63,683 nucleotides of DNA from the NCBI RefSeq assembly GCF_964213995.1, contig NW_027592091.1:1-63683 (forward strand). Direction: 5' to 3'. The DNA comes from Mustelus asterias. Lineage: Eukaryota. Positions 38,669-51,454 of this stretch are shown here, in pieces. The first letter of the stretch is position 1; every line of letters starts with the position of its first letter. The notes beneath the pieces are model-generated. The model saw only the letters and a program-made list of their open reading frames with translations. It was not told where the DNA came from and ran no database searches. The translations under genes were made by a program, and so were the position numbers.

Positions 38669-39846
38669 TTGCAGACATGGACATCAAGGCCTGTATGGGT
38701 CTCCAGGCCATCATGCACACCATCATGATAGGGAGGATGGAGATGGTGTTGCCAGCCATGTACATGATGAACAGATTCATGGGCAGCTGTTTCAATGGGC
38801 CCAAGGTGATGAAAACAGAAAGTGAGCAGGGTATCAGTAAAGGGGGCCGGTTTGGGGAGGCCATATGCTGATCTTATACACAGGTCTGGAAGTAACAATT
38901 AACTCAATAAGTCCCTTTATCAAACAGGCTGCTGTGGTTCACCAAGGCACTTCACCACTGTGGACAAACCAGGGGCGTTGTCAGCCACACACTAAAGACA
39001 CATTCAAATCTAACTTACCTTCTCAACTCGGATCCGGTCTGTTTCTTGGACGCGGATGTCCGGTAGCTGTTTGTCCGAATATGCGACTGGGTACATGGAG
39101 TCTCTCTGGCCACACTGTTGATCACGGCTCCTGTGAGAAACAGAAAACACAAATTGGTCACCCTTTCAAGACCTTGTTTAAAGAGGGAGTCTCTCTGTTG
39201 AGGACCCCAACGTGGTGACAATAGTGCCAGCATGAACTAAAGCTTGGGCAAACCTCAGACACACACTGCCGTTGCGTGTACCAAACTGCCAGGGGAATGG
39301 AGGGCTGCAGAAGTGGATTAGTGTCAATCAGGGTGCCAATCCACTTGCCCTCCATTGAGGGACAAAGCGACAAATCACCACATGTACCAAATTGTATCTT
39401 GAAAACAAACACATTGAGAGAGATCCAGTTCAGCACCCGGCCCTGGAAACGAGCAATCGTTCCTCCAACCACCACCGCAGTTGGCACCTGATCAGGTGGA
39501 GGGGCTGAAACCAAAAGGGCATCTCAGGGTCATGACCTGGGAAAAGATGCCAAGTGGGGTCTGAGTGGTTTCTGGGGGATTTGAGGGGCTGCTTTGTGCT
39601 GAGGGGCTCGGTGAGGGGTAAAAGACGCGTGAAAAACCCGGGGTTGGGAAGTTTTGGGTTGGTTCCACATCCCCGGGTCAGTGTGCGGTGGCGTCCCCTC
39701 GGGAGAGGCGGGCTGACCCGGCTTGCCGCTTACTTGAGCCCCCGGCTCCCCGCGCGGCCTCCGCAGCTGCTGCTGCCGCTCAGGTTAAACTCGAGGGTCC
39801 ACTTGTGCCAGCGCGCGCGGTTGACAAGCCCCGCCCCTGCCGCCAT
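38669..39846 (-). pseudogene. emc4: Partial duplicate of ER membrane protein complex subunit 4 (exons 39734-39846, 39019-39130, ~38669-38810)
   Basis: Exon 1 MAAGAGLVNRARWHKWTLEFNLSG..; exon 2 [28 protein letters not shown]; exon 3 [45 protein letters not shown]. Exon 3 lacks its AG acceptor and RCWD codons, and no later exons are seen. Confidence 0.92.
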
Positions 39847-40080
39847 GGCAACGCCGGCGACAGTTAACCGCTTTCAAATCTGATTCCGATCCGAAGAAGA
39901 AGCCGCGCGCTTCCGTCAACAAACCACAACCGCAGCAATGCGCATGTGCGGTCCCAACCTCCTCAGCCCATTGCCCCGCCCCCACATCGCAGCCATCTTT
40001 GTTAGGGGCACATCGGCTCCGACACTTCACCTTGTCAAACGGAGCACGTCTGCCCCGCACAAAGATGGACGTCACTTAAC
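39847..40080 (-). promoter_or_regulatory. CpG-rich housekeeping promoter of the emc4 copy
   Basis: NRF1-like TGCGCATGTGC, YY1-like GCCATCTT and AAGATGG, GC box and CRE-like GACGTCA. Confidence 0.7.
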
Positions 40081-40770
40081 CTCAGAGGTATTTACATCGC
40101 TTTTTTCGCCTCAAAAAACGTGTAACACAGTATAAAACGTCAATAAAACCTAAAGGACCTTGCCTCCTCAATCAGCAATCAAAATCATAAATATCTATTG
40201 TAATGGGTTTCTCCACAGATGCTGCCAGTCCAGCATTTTCAGTTTAAATTTCACAATTCCAACATCCGCAGTATTTTAATTTTATTTCCTTTCTATTCTG
40301 CCTCTAATGTAACTGGATATCATGAGTAAAGCTGCCACCAGGCTGATCCTTCAGTGTGGCACAGTCGTTAGCATTGCTGCCTCACAGCGTCAAGAACCTG
40401 GGTTTGATTCCCATCCTTGGATCATTGTCTGTGCAGAGTTTGCACGTTCTATGTGGGTTTCTTCTGGGTGCTCCAGTTTCCTCCCATACGCCATCCTTTT
40501 CTTCACATGAGAATCCAGTATTTTGTCCTGAATGAATTTTGAGGCCCAAGTCAGAGCGAATAAGTAAAAGCAAAAAACTGTGGATGCTGGAATCTGAAAC
40601 AAAAACAGGAAATGCTGGAAAATCCCAGCAGGTGTGACAGCATCTGTGGAGAGAGAATAGAGCCAAGAGAGCCAGCGAATAAATAACCCTATAAGATACC
40701 AGATTCACATAGAATTCAGCAAGAAATTCTGCAAACGTCCTTCAAACTGAACAGGAAACATTGCCATTCA

Positions 40771-40843
40771 AGTTTTAGCCTGGTTTCGGAACGGGGACCT
40801 TTCACATGTGAGGTAAACGTGATAACCACTACACTGCAGAAGC
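40771..40843 (-). pseudogene. tRNA-Val(CAC) pseudogene
   Basis: Minus strand GCTTCTGCAGTGTAGTGGTTATCACGTTTACCTCACATGTGAAAGGTCCCCGTTCCGAAACCAGGCTAAAAC. Confidence 0.8.
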
Positions 40844-41055
40844 TGTTGACAGCACAGGGCAGCCAATCGGCCTGTCGGCAATGTTCAACTCTGCTATGTT
40901 ACTGCAGGTTCCAATAGTTAGACTGAGAGCCCATGCCACTTAATACAAGAAGACAACTTTTACTTTCAACCTGATGTCTCAACTTATATTGAACTTCAAA
41001 ATTTAAAAGTGTCCGTCTGGCAAATGTCTAAAGGAGCAATTATTTCTGCTCAATT

Positions 41056-41335
41056 ATAGAATCCCTAAAGTGCAGAAAGAGGCCAGTCAGTCCATCGAGT
41101 CTGCACCGACAACAATCCCAACCAGATCCTATCCGCATAACCCTATATATTTGCACTGCTAATCCCATGACACCAAGGGGCAATTCAGCATGGCCAATCC
41201 ACCTAACCTGCACATTTGAGGAAACGTACACAGAGACGGGGACAATATGCAGATGCCACACAGATTTCCTTCCCAAGGCTGGAATCGAACCTGGGTCCCT
41301 GACACCATGAAGCAGCAGTGCTAACCACTGTGCCA
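41056..41335 (-). mobile_element. HE1-type SINE
   Basis: Tail atagaatccctaaagtgcag through to head ctaaccactgtgcc. Confidence 0.85.
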
Positions 41336-41654
41336 AATTCATCATTCTCAGTCTATATTACTCGGTATTTGTTTCATTATTCAACATTTAATATCAATAC
41401 ATTTATTTAACATAGATGTCATCATTCTGAATTGCATATCTCTGAACTATATCACATTGAATTGCAAATGTGACTGACCAACAATACAGATCGAGTCACT
41501 GGGTAACACACATCCCATGGTGCTTATTTGAGATTGAGTCAGTCTTTAAACAAAATCAAATATCTTTAATGGGAAGAGATTTAGAAATGATCAGTTAGTT
41601 ATACTTGATCCTTCTTTATTCTGGGTGTGAAACATTCTGGCACTTAAATCCCAC

Positions 41655-41968
41655 GGGCGGCACGGTAGCACAGTGGTGAGCACTGCTGCTTCACAGCTCC
41701 AGGGTCCCAGGTTCGATTCCCGGCTCGGGTCACTGTCTGTGTGGAGTTTGCACATTCTCCTCGTGTCTGTGTGGGTTTCCTCCCACAGTCCAAAGATGTG
41801 TGGGTTAGGTTGATTGGCCAGGTTAAAAATTGCCCCTTAGAGTCCTGGGATGCGTAGGTTAGAGGGATTAGTGGGTAAATATGTGGGGGTAGGGCCTGGG
41901 TGGGATTGTGGTCGGTGCAGACTCGATGGGCCGAATGGCCTCCTTCTGCACTGTAGGGTTTCTATGAA
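41655..41968 (+). mobile_element. Full-length HE1-type SINE
   Basis: GGGCGGCACGGTAGCACAGTGG..GGTTCGATTCCCGG..tttctatga. Confidence 0.92.
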
Positions 41969-42162
41969 TTTATCTATAGGAGAGTCCAGCAGATCCGCAC
42001 TGATTCTCAATTTCCTCATCTGCCAAGTGTTTTTTTCTATTTCTCTATTGTGAAGACCGATTTTTAAAAAAAGATTGTTTTGCGCAATGTGCGTCATTTC
42101 CTCTAGTTCAGTTACAGTATCACTTTAGTGTCTGTCTTTATGAGCACGCAATACTATTAGAC

Positions 42163-43216
42163 ATGGATAGGAAACAGAGGGTGGTGGTTGATAGTAAATA
42201 TTCATCATGGAGTGCGGTTACAAGTGGTGTACCTCAGGGATCTGTTTTGGGGCCACTGCTGTTTGTAATATTTATTAATGATCTGGATGAGGGTATAGTT
42301 GGGTGGATTAGCAAATTTGCTGATGACACCAAAGTCGGTGGTGTGGTAGACAGTGAGGAAGGGTGTCGTAGTTTGCAGGAAGACTTAGACAGGTTGCAAA
42401 GTTGGGCCGAGAGGTGGCGGATGGAGTTTAATGCGGAGAAGTGTGAGGTAATTCACTTTGGTAGGAATAACAGATGTGTTGAGTATAGGGCTAACGGGAG
42501 GACTTTGAATAGTGTGGAGGAGCAGAGGGATCTAGGTGTATGTGTGCATAGATCCCTGAAAGTTGGGAATCAAGTAGATAAGGTTGTTAAGAAGGCATAT
42601 GGTGTCTTGGCGTTTATTGGTAGGGGGATTGAATTTAGGAGTCGTAGCGTTATGTTGCAACTGTACACAACTCTGGTGCGGCCGCACTTGGAGTACTGTG
42701 TGCAGTTCTGGTCCCCACATTACAGGAAGGATGTGGAGGCTTTGGAGAGGGTGCAGAGGAGGTTTACCAGGATGTTGCCTGGTATGGAGGGGAGATCCTA
42801 TGAGGAGAGGCTGAGGGATTTGGGATTGTTTTCGCTGGAAAGGCGGCGGCTAAGAGGGGATCTTATTGAAACATATAAGATGATTAGAGGTTTAGATAGG
42901 GTGGATAGTGATAGCCTTTTTCCTCTGATGGAGAAATCCAGCACGAGGGGGCATGGCTTTAAATTGAGGGGGGGTAGTTATAGAACCGATGTCAGGGGTA
43001 GGTTCTTTACCCAGAGGGTGGTGAGGGATTGGAATGCCCTGCCAGCATCAGTAGTAAATGCGCCTAGTTTGGGGGCGTTTAAGAGATCCGTAGATAGGTT
43101 CATGGACGAAAAGAAATTGGTTTAGGTTGGAGGGTCACAGTTTGTTTTTTTTAACTGGTCGGTGCAACATCGTGGGCCGAAGGGCCTGTTCTGCGCTGTA
43201 ATGTTCTATGTTCTAT
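42163..43216 (+). mobile_element. 5'-truncated CR1 LINE with intact RT C-terminal ORF
   Basis: 320-aa ORF with GVPQGSVLGP and FADD; (atgttct)n tail. Confidence 0.93.
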
Positions 43217-43560
43217 GTTTCAGGTGGTAATTAACTATGTTAGTCTACACCTACAAATTCTGTTGTGGACTGAACAAATTGCTAATATGTGCACGGTGTC
43301 AAAATGCAAACATTTATTTCCTTGTTGCGTTTTAAAATATCGCATTCCTGATTTTCCTGAAAGCATTTGTACCGAGGTCAGAGCAAAGATAATAGCTGGA
43401 ATTTTACCATTGGCCTCGGGTGGGATTTTATGAGCCTCACCAGAGCGATGCTGTAAAATACTGGCCAATATGTCTGTAACATCGAGATTTGGATAATGTT
43501 CAGCAAATAACTGAAATCATGCAGATTTCCCTCACCCTAAATGGTAAAGTTTCATTCATG

Positions 43561-43623
43561 TTTCTGCCCAGTTTTGAACCTTCGTGTGTTAGGCAAATGG
43601 GATAATCACAACATTACAAAAAC
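43561..43623 (-). pseudogene. Degenerate tRNA-Val(AAC)-like pseudogene
   Basis: Minus strand GTTTTTGTAATGTTGTGATTATCCCATTTGCCTAACACACGAAGGTTCAAAACTGGGC at the homologous position of the repeat unit. Confidence 0.6.
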
Positions 43624-43732
43624 TGCCAACAGCGCCAGGCCTACAATCGACCTGTCTGCAATGTTCAATTTTGCTCTGTTGCTGCTGGTTTTCATGGCGA
43701 GACTAAGAGCCCATGTCACTTCAGATGTGACA

Positions 43733-45592
43733 GAGCTCTGACGAAGGGTCATCTCGACTTGAAACATTGGCTCTATTCTCTCCCCACAGATGCTGTCAGA
43801 TCTGCTGAGGTTTTCCAGCATTTTCTGTTTTTGTTTCAGATTACAGCATCAACAATATTTTGCTTTTAAAATAAATGGAAATTGGTGAAATGGGTGAAGG
43901 TGGAGGGGAGAGTTCATGCTCGTGAATTGTCAGAGATGGACCTTCACATTGTCCATCTCTGAGACTTCTCTTCCCCCTCCTTGACATTTCTGACTCCATT
44001 TCTGGTAGTCATGATGTGGAGATGCCGGCGTTGGACTGGCGTAGGTACAGTAAGAAGTCTCACAACACCAGGTTAAGGTCTGAGTGACTCACCTGATGAA
44101 GGAGCAGTGCCCCGAAAGCTCATGATACCAAATAAACCTGTTGGACTTTAACCTGGTGTTCTGAGACTCTTTACTGTGTCAATTTCTGGTGATAATATCA
44201 CTGGTATCTATTACAAGCACACCGACACCTACAACTACCTTGACTACAGTTCTTCACACCCCATATCCTGAAAGGACTCCATCTCATTCTCTCAGTTCCT
44301 TCACCTCCGCCACATCTGTCCTGATAATGCCATTTTCCAAAATAGTGTTGCCCATGTCTTTCTTTCGCCAATTGTGGTTTTTCACCTACTGTGGTTGACA
44401 GGGCACTTGACCATGACCGACCCATTCCCCAGCCACTGCTGTCACCCCCTCCTCTCCCTCCCAGAAACAGAATAGGCTTCCCCATGTCCTCACTTTTCAC
44501 CCCACCAGCCTCCGCATTCAAAGGATCATCCTCTGCCATTTCTGCCAACTCCAGCATGATGCCACTACGCATCACACCTTCCCCTCACCCCTTCTCCCCC
44601 CCCCCCCCGCCACCCTCCCCCCCCCACCACCCCCCCCCCCCCCCCCCCCCCCCCGCCACCTCCACCCTCCTCAGCAAGAACTCACAAGGACCGTTCTCTC
44701 TGGGACACCCTGGTCCATTCCTCCATCACACCCACCATCTCACCCCCTGTCCATGGAGCCTTCCCATGCAATGGTTGAAGGTGCAACACCTACCCTTTTA
44801 CCTCCTCCCTGCTCACTGTCCCAGGTCCCAAACACCATTTCAGGTGAAGCAGCGTTTCAGACATCTCCTTCAATCTGGTCTATTGCATTCGCTGCTCCCA
44901 ATGTGGTCGACTCCACACTGGAGAGACCAAATGCAGACTGGTTGTCTGTTTTGCTGAACACCATCCACAAGCAAAACCCAGACCTTCCTGTCAGTTCAAC
45001 ACACCACCCTACTCTCCTGTCCACATGTTGGTCCTTGCAATGTTCTAGTGAACCCCAATGCAAACTGGTGGAACAGCACCTCATCTTCCAATTGGACACT
45101 TTACAGCCTTCTGGACTCAACATTGAATTCAACATTCACAGCGTGAACTCTCCCCTCCACCTACACTCCATTTCCATTTATTTCATTTAATTCTGATTCT
45201 TCTTTTTGTCTTATTCATCCATTTTATCATCCTTCTTTCTCACTTCCATATTTCCAGTTCTCCATTCTTGCTTTCTGCCTTGTCCACCCCACCCCCCATT
45301 CAGGGCAACTGTTTCTGCCTTGTCCACCCCCACCCCCCCCCCCCCCCCCCACATTCAGGGCAACTGCCTTAAACATCTGTACCACTGTTCTGCCATTCAC
45401 ATATTCTGATCGCTTCATGGACACTTTTAACACCTCTCTCAGCTCTCTTCATACATAAAAAGCAAATTATTGCGGATGCTGGAATCTGAAACCAAAAGAG
45501 AAAATGCTAGAAAATCTCAGCAGGTCTGGCAGCATCTGTGAGGAGAGAAAAGAGCTGACGTTTTGAGTCCAGATGACCCTTTGTCAAAGCTG
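43733..45592 (+). mobile_element. Penelope-like retroelement remnant (RT C-terminus + GIY-YIG) with hammerhead-bearing termini
   Basis: Decayed IYYKHRHL..YLDYSSSH (~44210) and NLVYCIRCSQCGRLHTGETKCRL (~44872-44940). Termini at 43733-43865, 44030-44180 and 45460-45592. Confidence 0.8.
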
Positions 45593-45751
45593 GCAAGGTC
45601 TTCACCCTCATTCATCCTCTCTCCCCCCTGTCTGTTAGACATGCACACGCTCCACTTTCTGGTGAACACACACTGACTCTCTGCTTCAAGCTTTACTCTT
45701 TGTACCAATTCACACTCTGACTCCTTTTACAATTACTCATTGTTCCCAATA

Positions 45752-47905
45752 GGCTCCATTCCCTCTGACTCCATTCCCCTGAACTCAGAGCATCCCCCCA
45801 GGGACCCTCTATCCCTGCTCCATTCCCCCTGACTCCATCCCCCTGAACTCACTGAGCATCCCCCCAGGGATCCTCTCACCCTGCTCCATTCCCTCTGAAC
45901 ATCATCCCAGGGATCCTTCCTCCCTGCTCCATCCCCCTGAACATCACCCCAGGGATCCTCTCTCCCTGCTCCATTCCCTCTGACTCCATCCCCCTGAACT
46001 CAGAGCATCACCCCAGGGATCCTCCCTCCCTGCTCCATTCCCTCTGACACCATCCCCCTGAACTCACTGAGCATCCCCCCAGGGATCCTCTCTCACTGCT
46101 CCATTCCCTCTGACTCCATCCCCCTGAACTCACTGAGCATCACCCCAGGGATCCTCTCTCACTGCTCCATTCCCTCTGACTCCATCCCCCTGAACTCAGA
46201 GCATCACCCCAGGGATCCTTCCCCCCTGCTCCATCCCCCTGAACATCACCCCAGGGATCCTCCCCCCCTGCTCCATTCCCCCTGACTCCATCCCCCTGAA
46301 CTCATTGAGCATCACCCCAGGGATCCTTCCTCCCTGCTCCATTCCGTCTGACTCCATCCCCCTGAACTCACTGAGCATCACCCCAGGGATCCTTCCTCCC
46401 TGCTCCATCCCCCTGAACATCATCCCAGGGACCCTCTCTCCCTGCTCCATCCCCCTGAACTCACTGAGCATCACCCCAGGGACCCTCTCTCCCTGCTCCA
46501 TTCCCTCTGACTCCATCCCCCTGAAGTCACTGAGCATCACCCCAGGGATCCTTCCTCACTGCTCCATTCCCTCTGACTCCATCCCCCTGAACTCACTGAG
46601 CATCACCCCAGGGATCCTTCCTCCCTGCTCCATTCCCTCTGACTCCATCCCCCTGAACTCACTGAGCATCACCCCAGGGACCCTCCCTCACTGCTCCATT
46701 CCCTCTGACTCCATCCCCCTGAACTCACTGAGCATCACCCCAGGGATCCTTCCTCCCTGCTCCATTCCCTCTGACTCCATCCCCCTGAACTCAGAGCATC
46801 ACCCCAGGGCTCCTTCCCCCCTGCTCCATCCCCCTGAACATCACCCCAGGGATCCTCCCTCCCTGCTCCATTCCCTCTGACTCCATCCCCCTGAACTCAG
46901 AGCATCACCCCAGGGATCCTCCCTCCCTGCTCCATTCCCTCTGACTCCATCCCCCTGAACTCAGAGCATCACCCCAGGGATCCTGTCTCCCTGCTCCATT
47001 CCCTCTGACTCCATCCCCCTGAACTCAGAGCATCACCCCAGGGATCCTCTCTCCCTGCTCCATCCCCCTGAACTCAGAGCATCACCCCAGGGCTCCTGTC
47101 TCCCTGCTCCATTCCCTCTGACTCCATCCCCCTGAACTCAGAGCATCACCCCAGGGCTCCTTCCCCCCTGCTCCATCCCCCTGAACATCACCCCAGGGAT
47201 CCTCCCTCCCTGCTCCATTCCCTCTGACTCCATCCCCCTGAACTCACTGAGCATCACCCCATGGACCCTCTCTCCCTGCTCCATTCCCCTGAGCATCCCC
47301 CCAGGGATCCTTCCTCCCTGCTCCATTCCCTCTGACTCCATCCCCCTGAACTCACTGAGCATCACCCCAGGGACCCTCTCTCCCTGCTCCATTCCCTCTG
47401 ACTCCATCCCCCTGAACTCAGAGCATCACCCCAGGGACCCTCTCTCCCTGCTCCATTCCCTCTGACTCCATCCCCCTGAACTCACTGAGCATCACCCCAG
47501 GGACCCTCTCTCCCTGCTCCATTCCCTCTGACTCCATCCCCCTGAACTCACTGAGCATCACCCCAGGGACCCTCTCTCCCTGCTCCATTCCCTCTGACTC
47601 CATCCCCCTGAACTCACTGAGCATCACCCCAGGGATCCTCCCTCCCTGCTCCATTCCCTCTGACTCCATCCCCCTGAACTCACTGAGCATCACCCCAGGG
47701 ATCCTTCCCCCCTGCTCCATCCCCCTGAACATCATCCCAGGGACCCTCTCTCCCTGCTCCATCCCCCTGACTCCATCCCCCCAGGGATCCTCACTCCTTG
47801 CTCCATTCCCTCTGACTCCATCCCCCTGAACTCACTGAACATCACCCCAGGGATCCTTGCTCCCTGCTCCATTCCCTCTGTGAGCATTCCCCTGAACTCA
47901 CTGAA
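45752..47905. repeat. C-rich minisatellite with variable ~39-69 bp units
   Basis: Modules ccctgctccattccctctgactccatccccctgaactc(act)gagcatcaccccagggat. Confidence 0.95.
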
Positions 47906-48761
47906 CAGAAGGAGTAATCCCAGAGAAACTGTTGGGAATGGAGTCAGGGAATGTTCCAGGTTTGTGTATTTTTAGTTATCCTGGTGTCAGAACACACACA
48001 CATCAATAAAACAGGGCATTCCTGCAAACACACTGCAGCTCCTCATGTCTGTTGTATAATTGCCCCCAGGCTCCTGTGAATTCCTTCAACTAGTATGTAA
48101 TGTAGACTTGAATTGATTTATTTTAAAACGGTTTATTTTAAACATATTAACACCGGTCTGAAAGTTGTAGACTCAGGACTGTCACACAAATGCTCTCAAT
48201 CTGATGGTGTGGTGGTATTGTCACTGGGCTGGGAGCCCAGAGTCCGAGGGTAATGCACTGGGGAGCCAGCTTCCAATCACACCACAGCAAATGGTGAAAT
48301 CTGAAGTCAATAAAAATCTGTAATTAAAGGTCTAGCGATGACCATGAACCCATTGCTGTTCAAACCCATTTGGTTCACCGATGTTCACTGATGCCCTTGA
48401 GGGAAGGAATTTATATGACTCCAGAATAAGGCCAGAGGATGCTGGAAAATCTCAGCAGGTCTGGCAGCATCTGTAAGTCTTTCATGTGACTCCAGGTCCA
48501 CACGATGTGGTTAACTCTGGAATGGTCCAGCAAGCAAGCTGCTCAGTTCAAGGGCAGTTAGGGATAGGCCACAAGCAATGAATTAAAAATAATCTTCACA
48601 AAATGTTGACCAGTCATTTTCAGTCTGCAAATTTAAACCTGCTTTTTCAGGAACAGATCCCAGATTTAAACCAATCTTTGATTTAACAGCACACTGCCAG
48701 CATTCACCGCTGTTCTTCCCAACTCTAAACACAGTTGTAAAGGAATCTTTGTTCCATGTCT

Positions 48762-49080
48762 TAGAATACTACAATGCAGAAGGAGGCCATTCGGTCCATC
48801 GAATCTGCACTGACCACAATCCCACCCAGGCCCTATCCCCATAACGCCATGAATTTATCTTAGCTAGTGCCCCGACACTAAGGGGCAATTTAGCATGGCC
48901 AATTCACCTAACCCTCACATCTTTGGACTGTGGGAGGAAACCGGAGCACCCGGAGGAAACCCACGTAGACACGGGGATAATGTGCAAACTCCACACAGAC
49001 AGTGACCCAAGCTGGAAATTGAACCCAGGTCCCTGGCGCTGTGAGGCAGCATTCCAACCACTGTGCCACAGTGCCGCCCG
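48762..49080 (-). mobile_element. HE1-type SINE
   Basis: Full head-to-tail match. Confidence 0.88.
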
Positions 49081-49762
49081 TGTTGAGGAGTTCTGAACCA
49101 TGGAAGAGAGTGGTTGGGATACATTTCTTACACACCTCAGGAATATCCCACACATTTTGTCTTGAATGTGATTAACAGCAGCAATAACTGCAGAATGCAG
49201 CTCCTGAAGACACATGAACTCATTGAGGTGTCAGTAGATGAGGTAGGCAGCACGGTGGCACAGTGGTTAGCACTGCTGCCTCACAGCACCAGCGACCAGG
49301 GTTCAATTCCGACCTCAGGGGACTGTCTTTGTCGAATTTGTCCATTCTCCCATGTCTGCGTGGGTTTCCTTCGGGTGCTCCGGTTTCCCACAGTCCAAAG
49401 ATGAGCAGGTCGGGTGGATTGACCACGGTAAAGACAGTTTGGCCCGGTGGCCTTGTAGAAGGGAGGGAAGCAGCAGAAACAGCTGATCAGATTGTCTCAA
49501 GCTTAATGACAAAGAAGCTCCATGAGCTCCTCGCTTGTTGCTGGAGGTGAGGATGGAGGAGACAAGGGTGAGGGAGAGACCTTCAGTAGGAATTGACCTA
49601 TGTTCGAGATATTAAAAGGATTCAACACAAATCTGATTGATTTAACATTTATCTGGAATACTAACTCAGCTGAGATGGAGTTTATGAACATCAGCAGAAA
49701 CAGAGCCCAATCAACATGCTTCATTTCTGGATGTAAATAATGGCAAAATCCAATCACTGTCG

Positions 49763-51109
49763 TCATTTATGAACTCGCTGGTGTGTCAGCAGATTGGATG
49801 AAGAAGCAAATCCCTTCCCACACACAGAGCAGGTGAATGGCCTCTCCCCAGTGTGAGTGCGCCGGTGCACAGTGAGATGAGATAATTCTCTGAACCTAGT
49901 CCCACAGTCAGAGCACCTGAACGGTCTCTCCCGAGTGTGAATGCGTTGATGGGACACCAGATTACTGGAACTTTTAAAACGTTTCCTACAGTCTGGGCAT
50001 TTAAAAGGTCTCTCCCCAGTGTGAACACGTTGATGACGTACCAGTTCCCCTGAACTTTTATAGCATTTCCCACAGTCTGGGCATTTAAACGGTCTCTCCT
50101 CAGTGTGGGTGCGCTGGTGTGAAGTGAGGGCAGATGATGTCTTGAACCCAGTCTCACAGTGAGAACACCTGAACGGTCTCTCATCAGTGTGAACACGTTG
50201 ATGGCGCATCAGTTCCCCAGAACTTTTATAGCTCTTCCCACAGTCTGGACATTTAAATGGTCTCTCAGTAGTGTGAACTTGCTGGTGTTTCAGCAGGGTC
50301 GATAACTGAGTGAATCGTCTTCCACATTTGGAGCAGATGTAAGGTTTCTCGTGAGTGTGAACTCGCTGGTGTCTCTGCAGGGTAGATGAATGAGCGAATC
50401 CCTTCCCACACTGAGAGCAAGTGAATGGCCTCTCCCCAGTGTGAGTGCGCTGGTGTTCAGACAGGTTACTCATTTGCCTGAATGCAATGCCACACTGAGA
50501 GCATCTGAAAGGTCTCTCATCAGTGTGAGTGCGTTGGTGTTTAGTTAGGGCAGAGGATGTCTTGAACCCACTCCCGCAGTGAGAGCACCTGAATGGTCTC
50601 GCATCGGTGTGAACACGTTGATGGGACAAAAGTTCCCCAGAACTTTTATAGCACTTCCCACAGTCTGAGCATTTAAAAGGTTTCTCTTCAGTGTGAACTC
50701 GCTGGTGCATCAGCAGGTTAGAGGACCTTGAGAATCTCTTCCCACACTCGGAGCAGATGAATGGCTTCTCCCCGGTGTGAACTTGTTGGCGTTTCATTGC
50801 ACACTCAGAGGAGGTCATTGGCCTCTCCCCACTGTGAACTCGCTGGTGTCTTTGCAGGTTGGTTAACTGAATGAATCCCTTCCCACAGTCAGAGCAGGTG
50901 AATGGCTTCTCCCCAGTGTGACAGCGGCAATGCTTTTCAAGGTGAGATGGGGATCTGAATCCCTTCCCACAATCCTCACATTTCCACGGTTTCTTCCTGG
51001 TGTGACTGCGCTTGTGTCTCAACAGGTCAGATGATTGGTTGAAGCCTCGTCCACACACAGAACACACGTACGGTTTCTCTCCACTGTGAATGGTGCTTTT
51101 TTCTTCCAT
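49763..51109 (-). CDS. C2H2 zinc-finger protein (15 intact fingers + 1 deleted finger)
   Basis: ATG at 51109 ([14 protein letters not shown]). Acceptor at 51211-51212; candidate non-coding first-exon donor GTAAGG at 51943. Confidence 0.92.
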   Translation of the reverse strand: MEEKSTIHSGEKPYVCSVCGRGFNQSSDLLRHKRSHTRKKPWKCEDCGKGFRSPSHLEKHCRCHTGEKPFTCSDCGKGFIQLTNLQRHQRVHSGERPMTSSECAMKRQQVHTGEKPFICSECGKRFSRSSNLLMHQRVHTEEKPFKCSDCGKCYKSSGELLSHQRVHTDARPFRCSHCGSGFKTSSALTKHQRTHTDERPFRCSQCGIAFRQMSNLSEHQRTHTGERPFTCSQCGKGFAHSSTLQRHQRVHTHEKPYICSKCGRRFTQLSTLLKHQQVHTTERPFKCPDCGKSYKSSGELMRHQRVHTDERPFRCSHCETGFKTSSALTSHQRTHTEERPFKCPDCGKCYKSSGELVRHQRVHTGERPFKCPDCRKRFKSSSNLVSHQRIHTRERPFRCSDCGTRFRELSHLTVHRRTHTGERPFTCSVCGKGFASSSNLLTHQRVHK

Positions 51110-51454
51110 GTTCAAAATCCAATGATATTCACGTTGTGATAAGTTGTGCGACTGCCAAATCCGGATGTGATGTATGGTTTGAATTTCCTGACTGCAAGTC
51201 CTCCTAAAACCTGTGAAATTGATTTAAAACAGAAACAAGGGAGTGAGAGATAACCCACAAAAACACAAAGGCAGGTTGTGAAATTGAGCTGAATAAATCT
51301 GGTAATTTATGGGGACAGCACAAAGGAAAATGTGACCATGAAAGCAGCTGGATTTGTGTAAAATCCCAACCACTACATTAATGCCCTTCAGGGAAAGGAA
51401 CCTGCCACTCAGTCTGGATCTGCACAAAGCACTAACCTCGAAATGAGGGGGTGG

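Larger units (their letters stand above)
40771..43720 (-). repeat. Inverted copy of the 1.2 kb tRNA-Val repeat units, interrupted by SINEs and a LINE
   Basis: 41981-42162 is the reverse complement of ~2490-2670; 40860-41035 is the reverse complement of ~1975-2150. Confidence 0.85.

Noticed and set aside
44596-44660. Long poly-C tracts (also ~13430, ~45330, ~55965)
   Set aside because: Simple homopolymers of unreliable length; the poly-Pro translations are not meaningful.
46196-47762. Repetitive MEQGGRIPG ORFs
   Set aside because: Minisatellite translation with interspersed stops and no gene structure.
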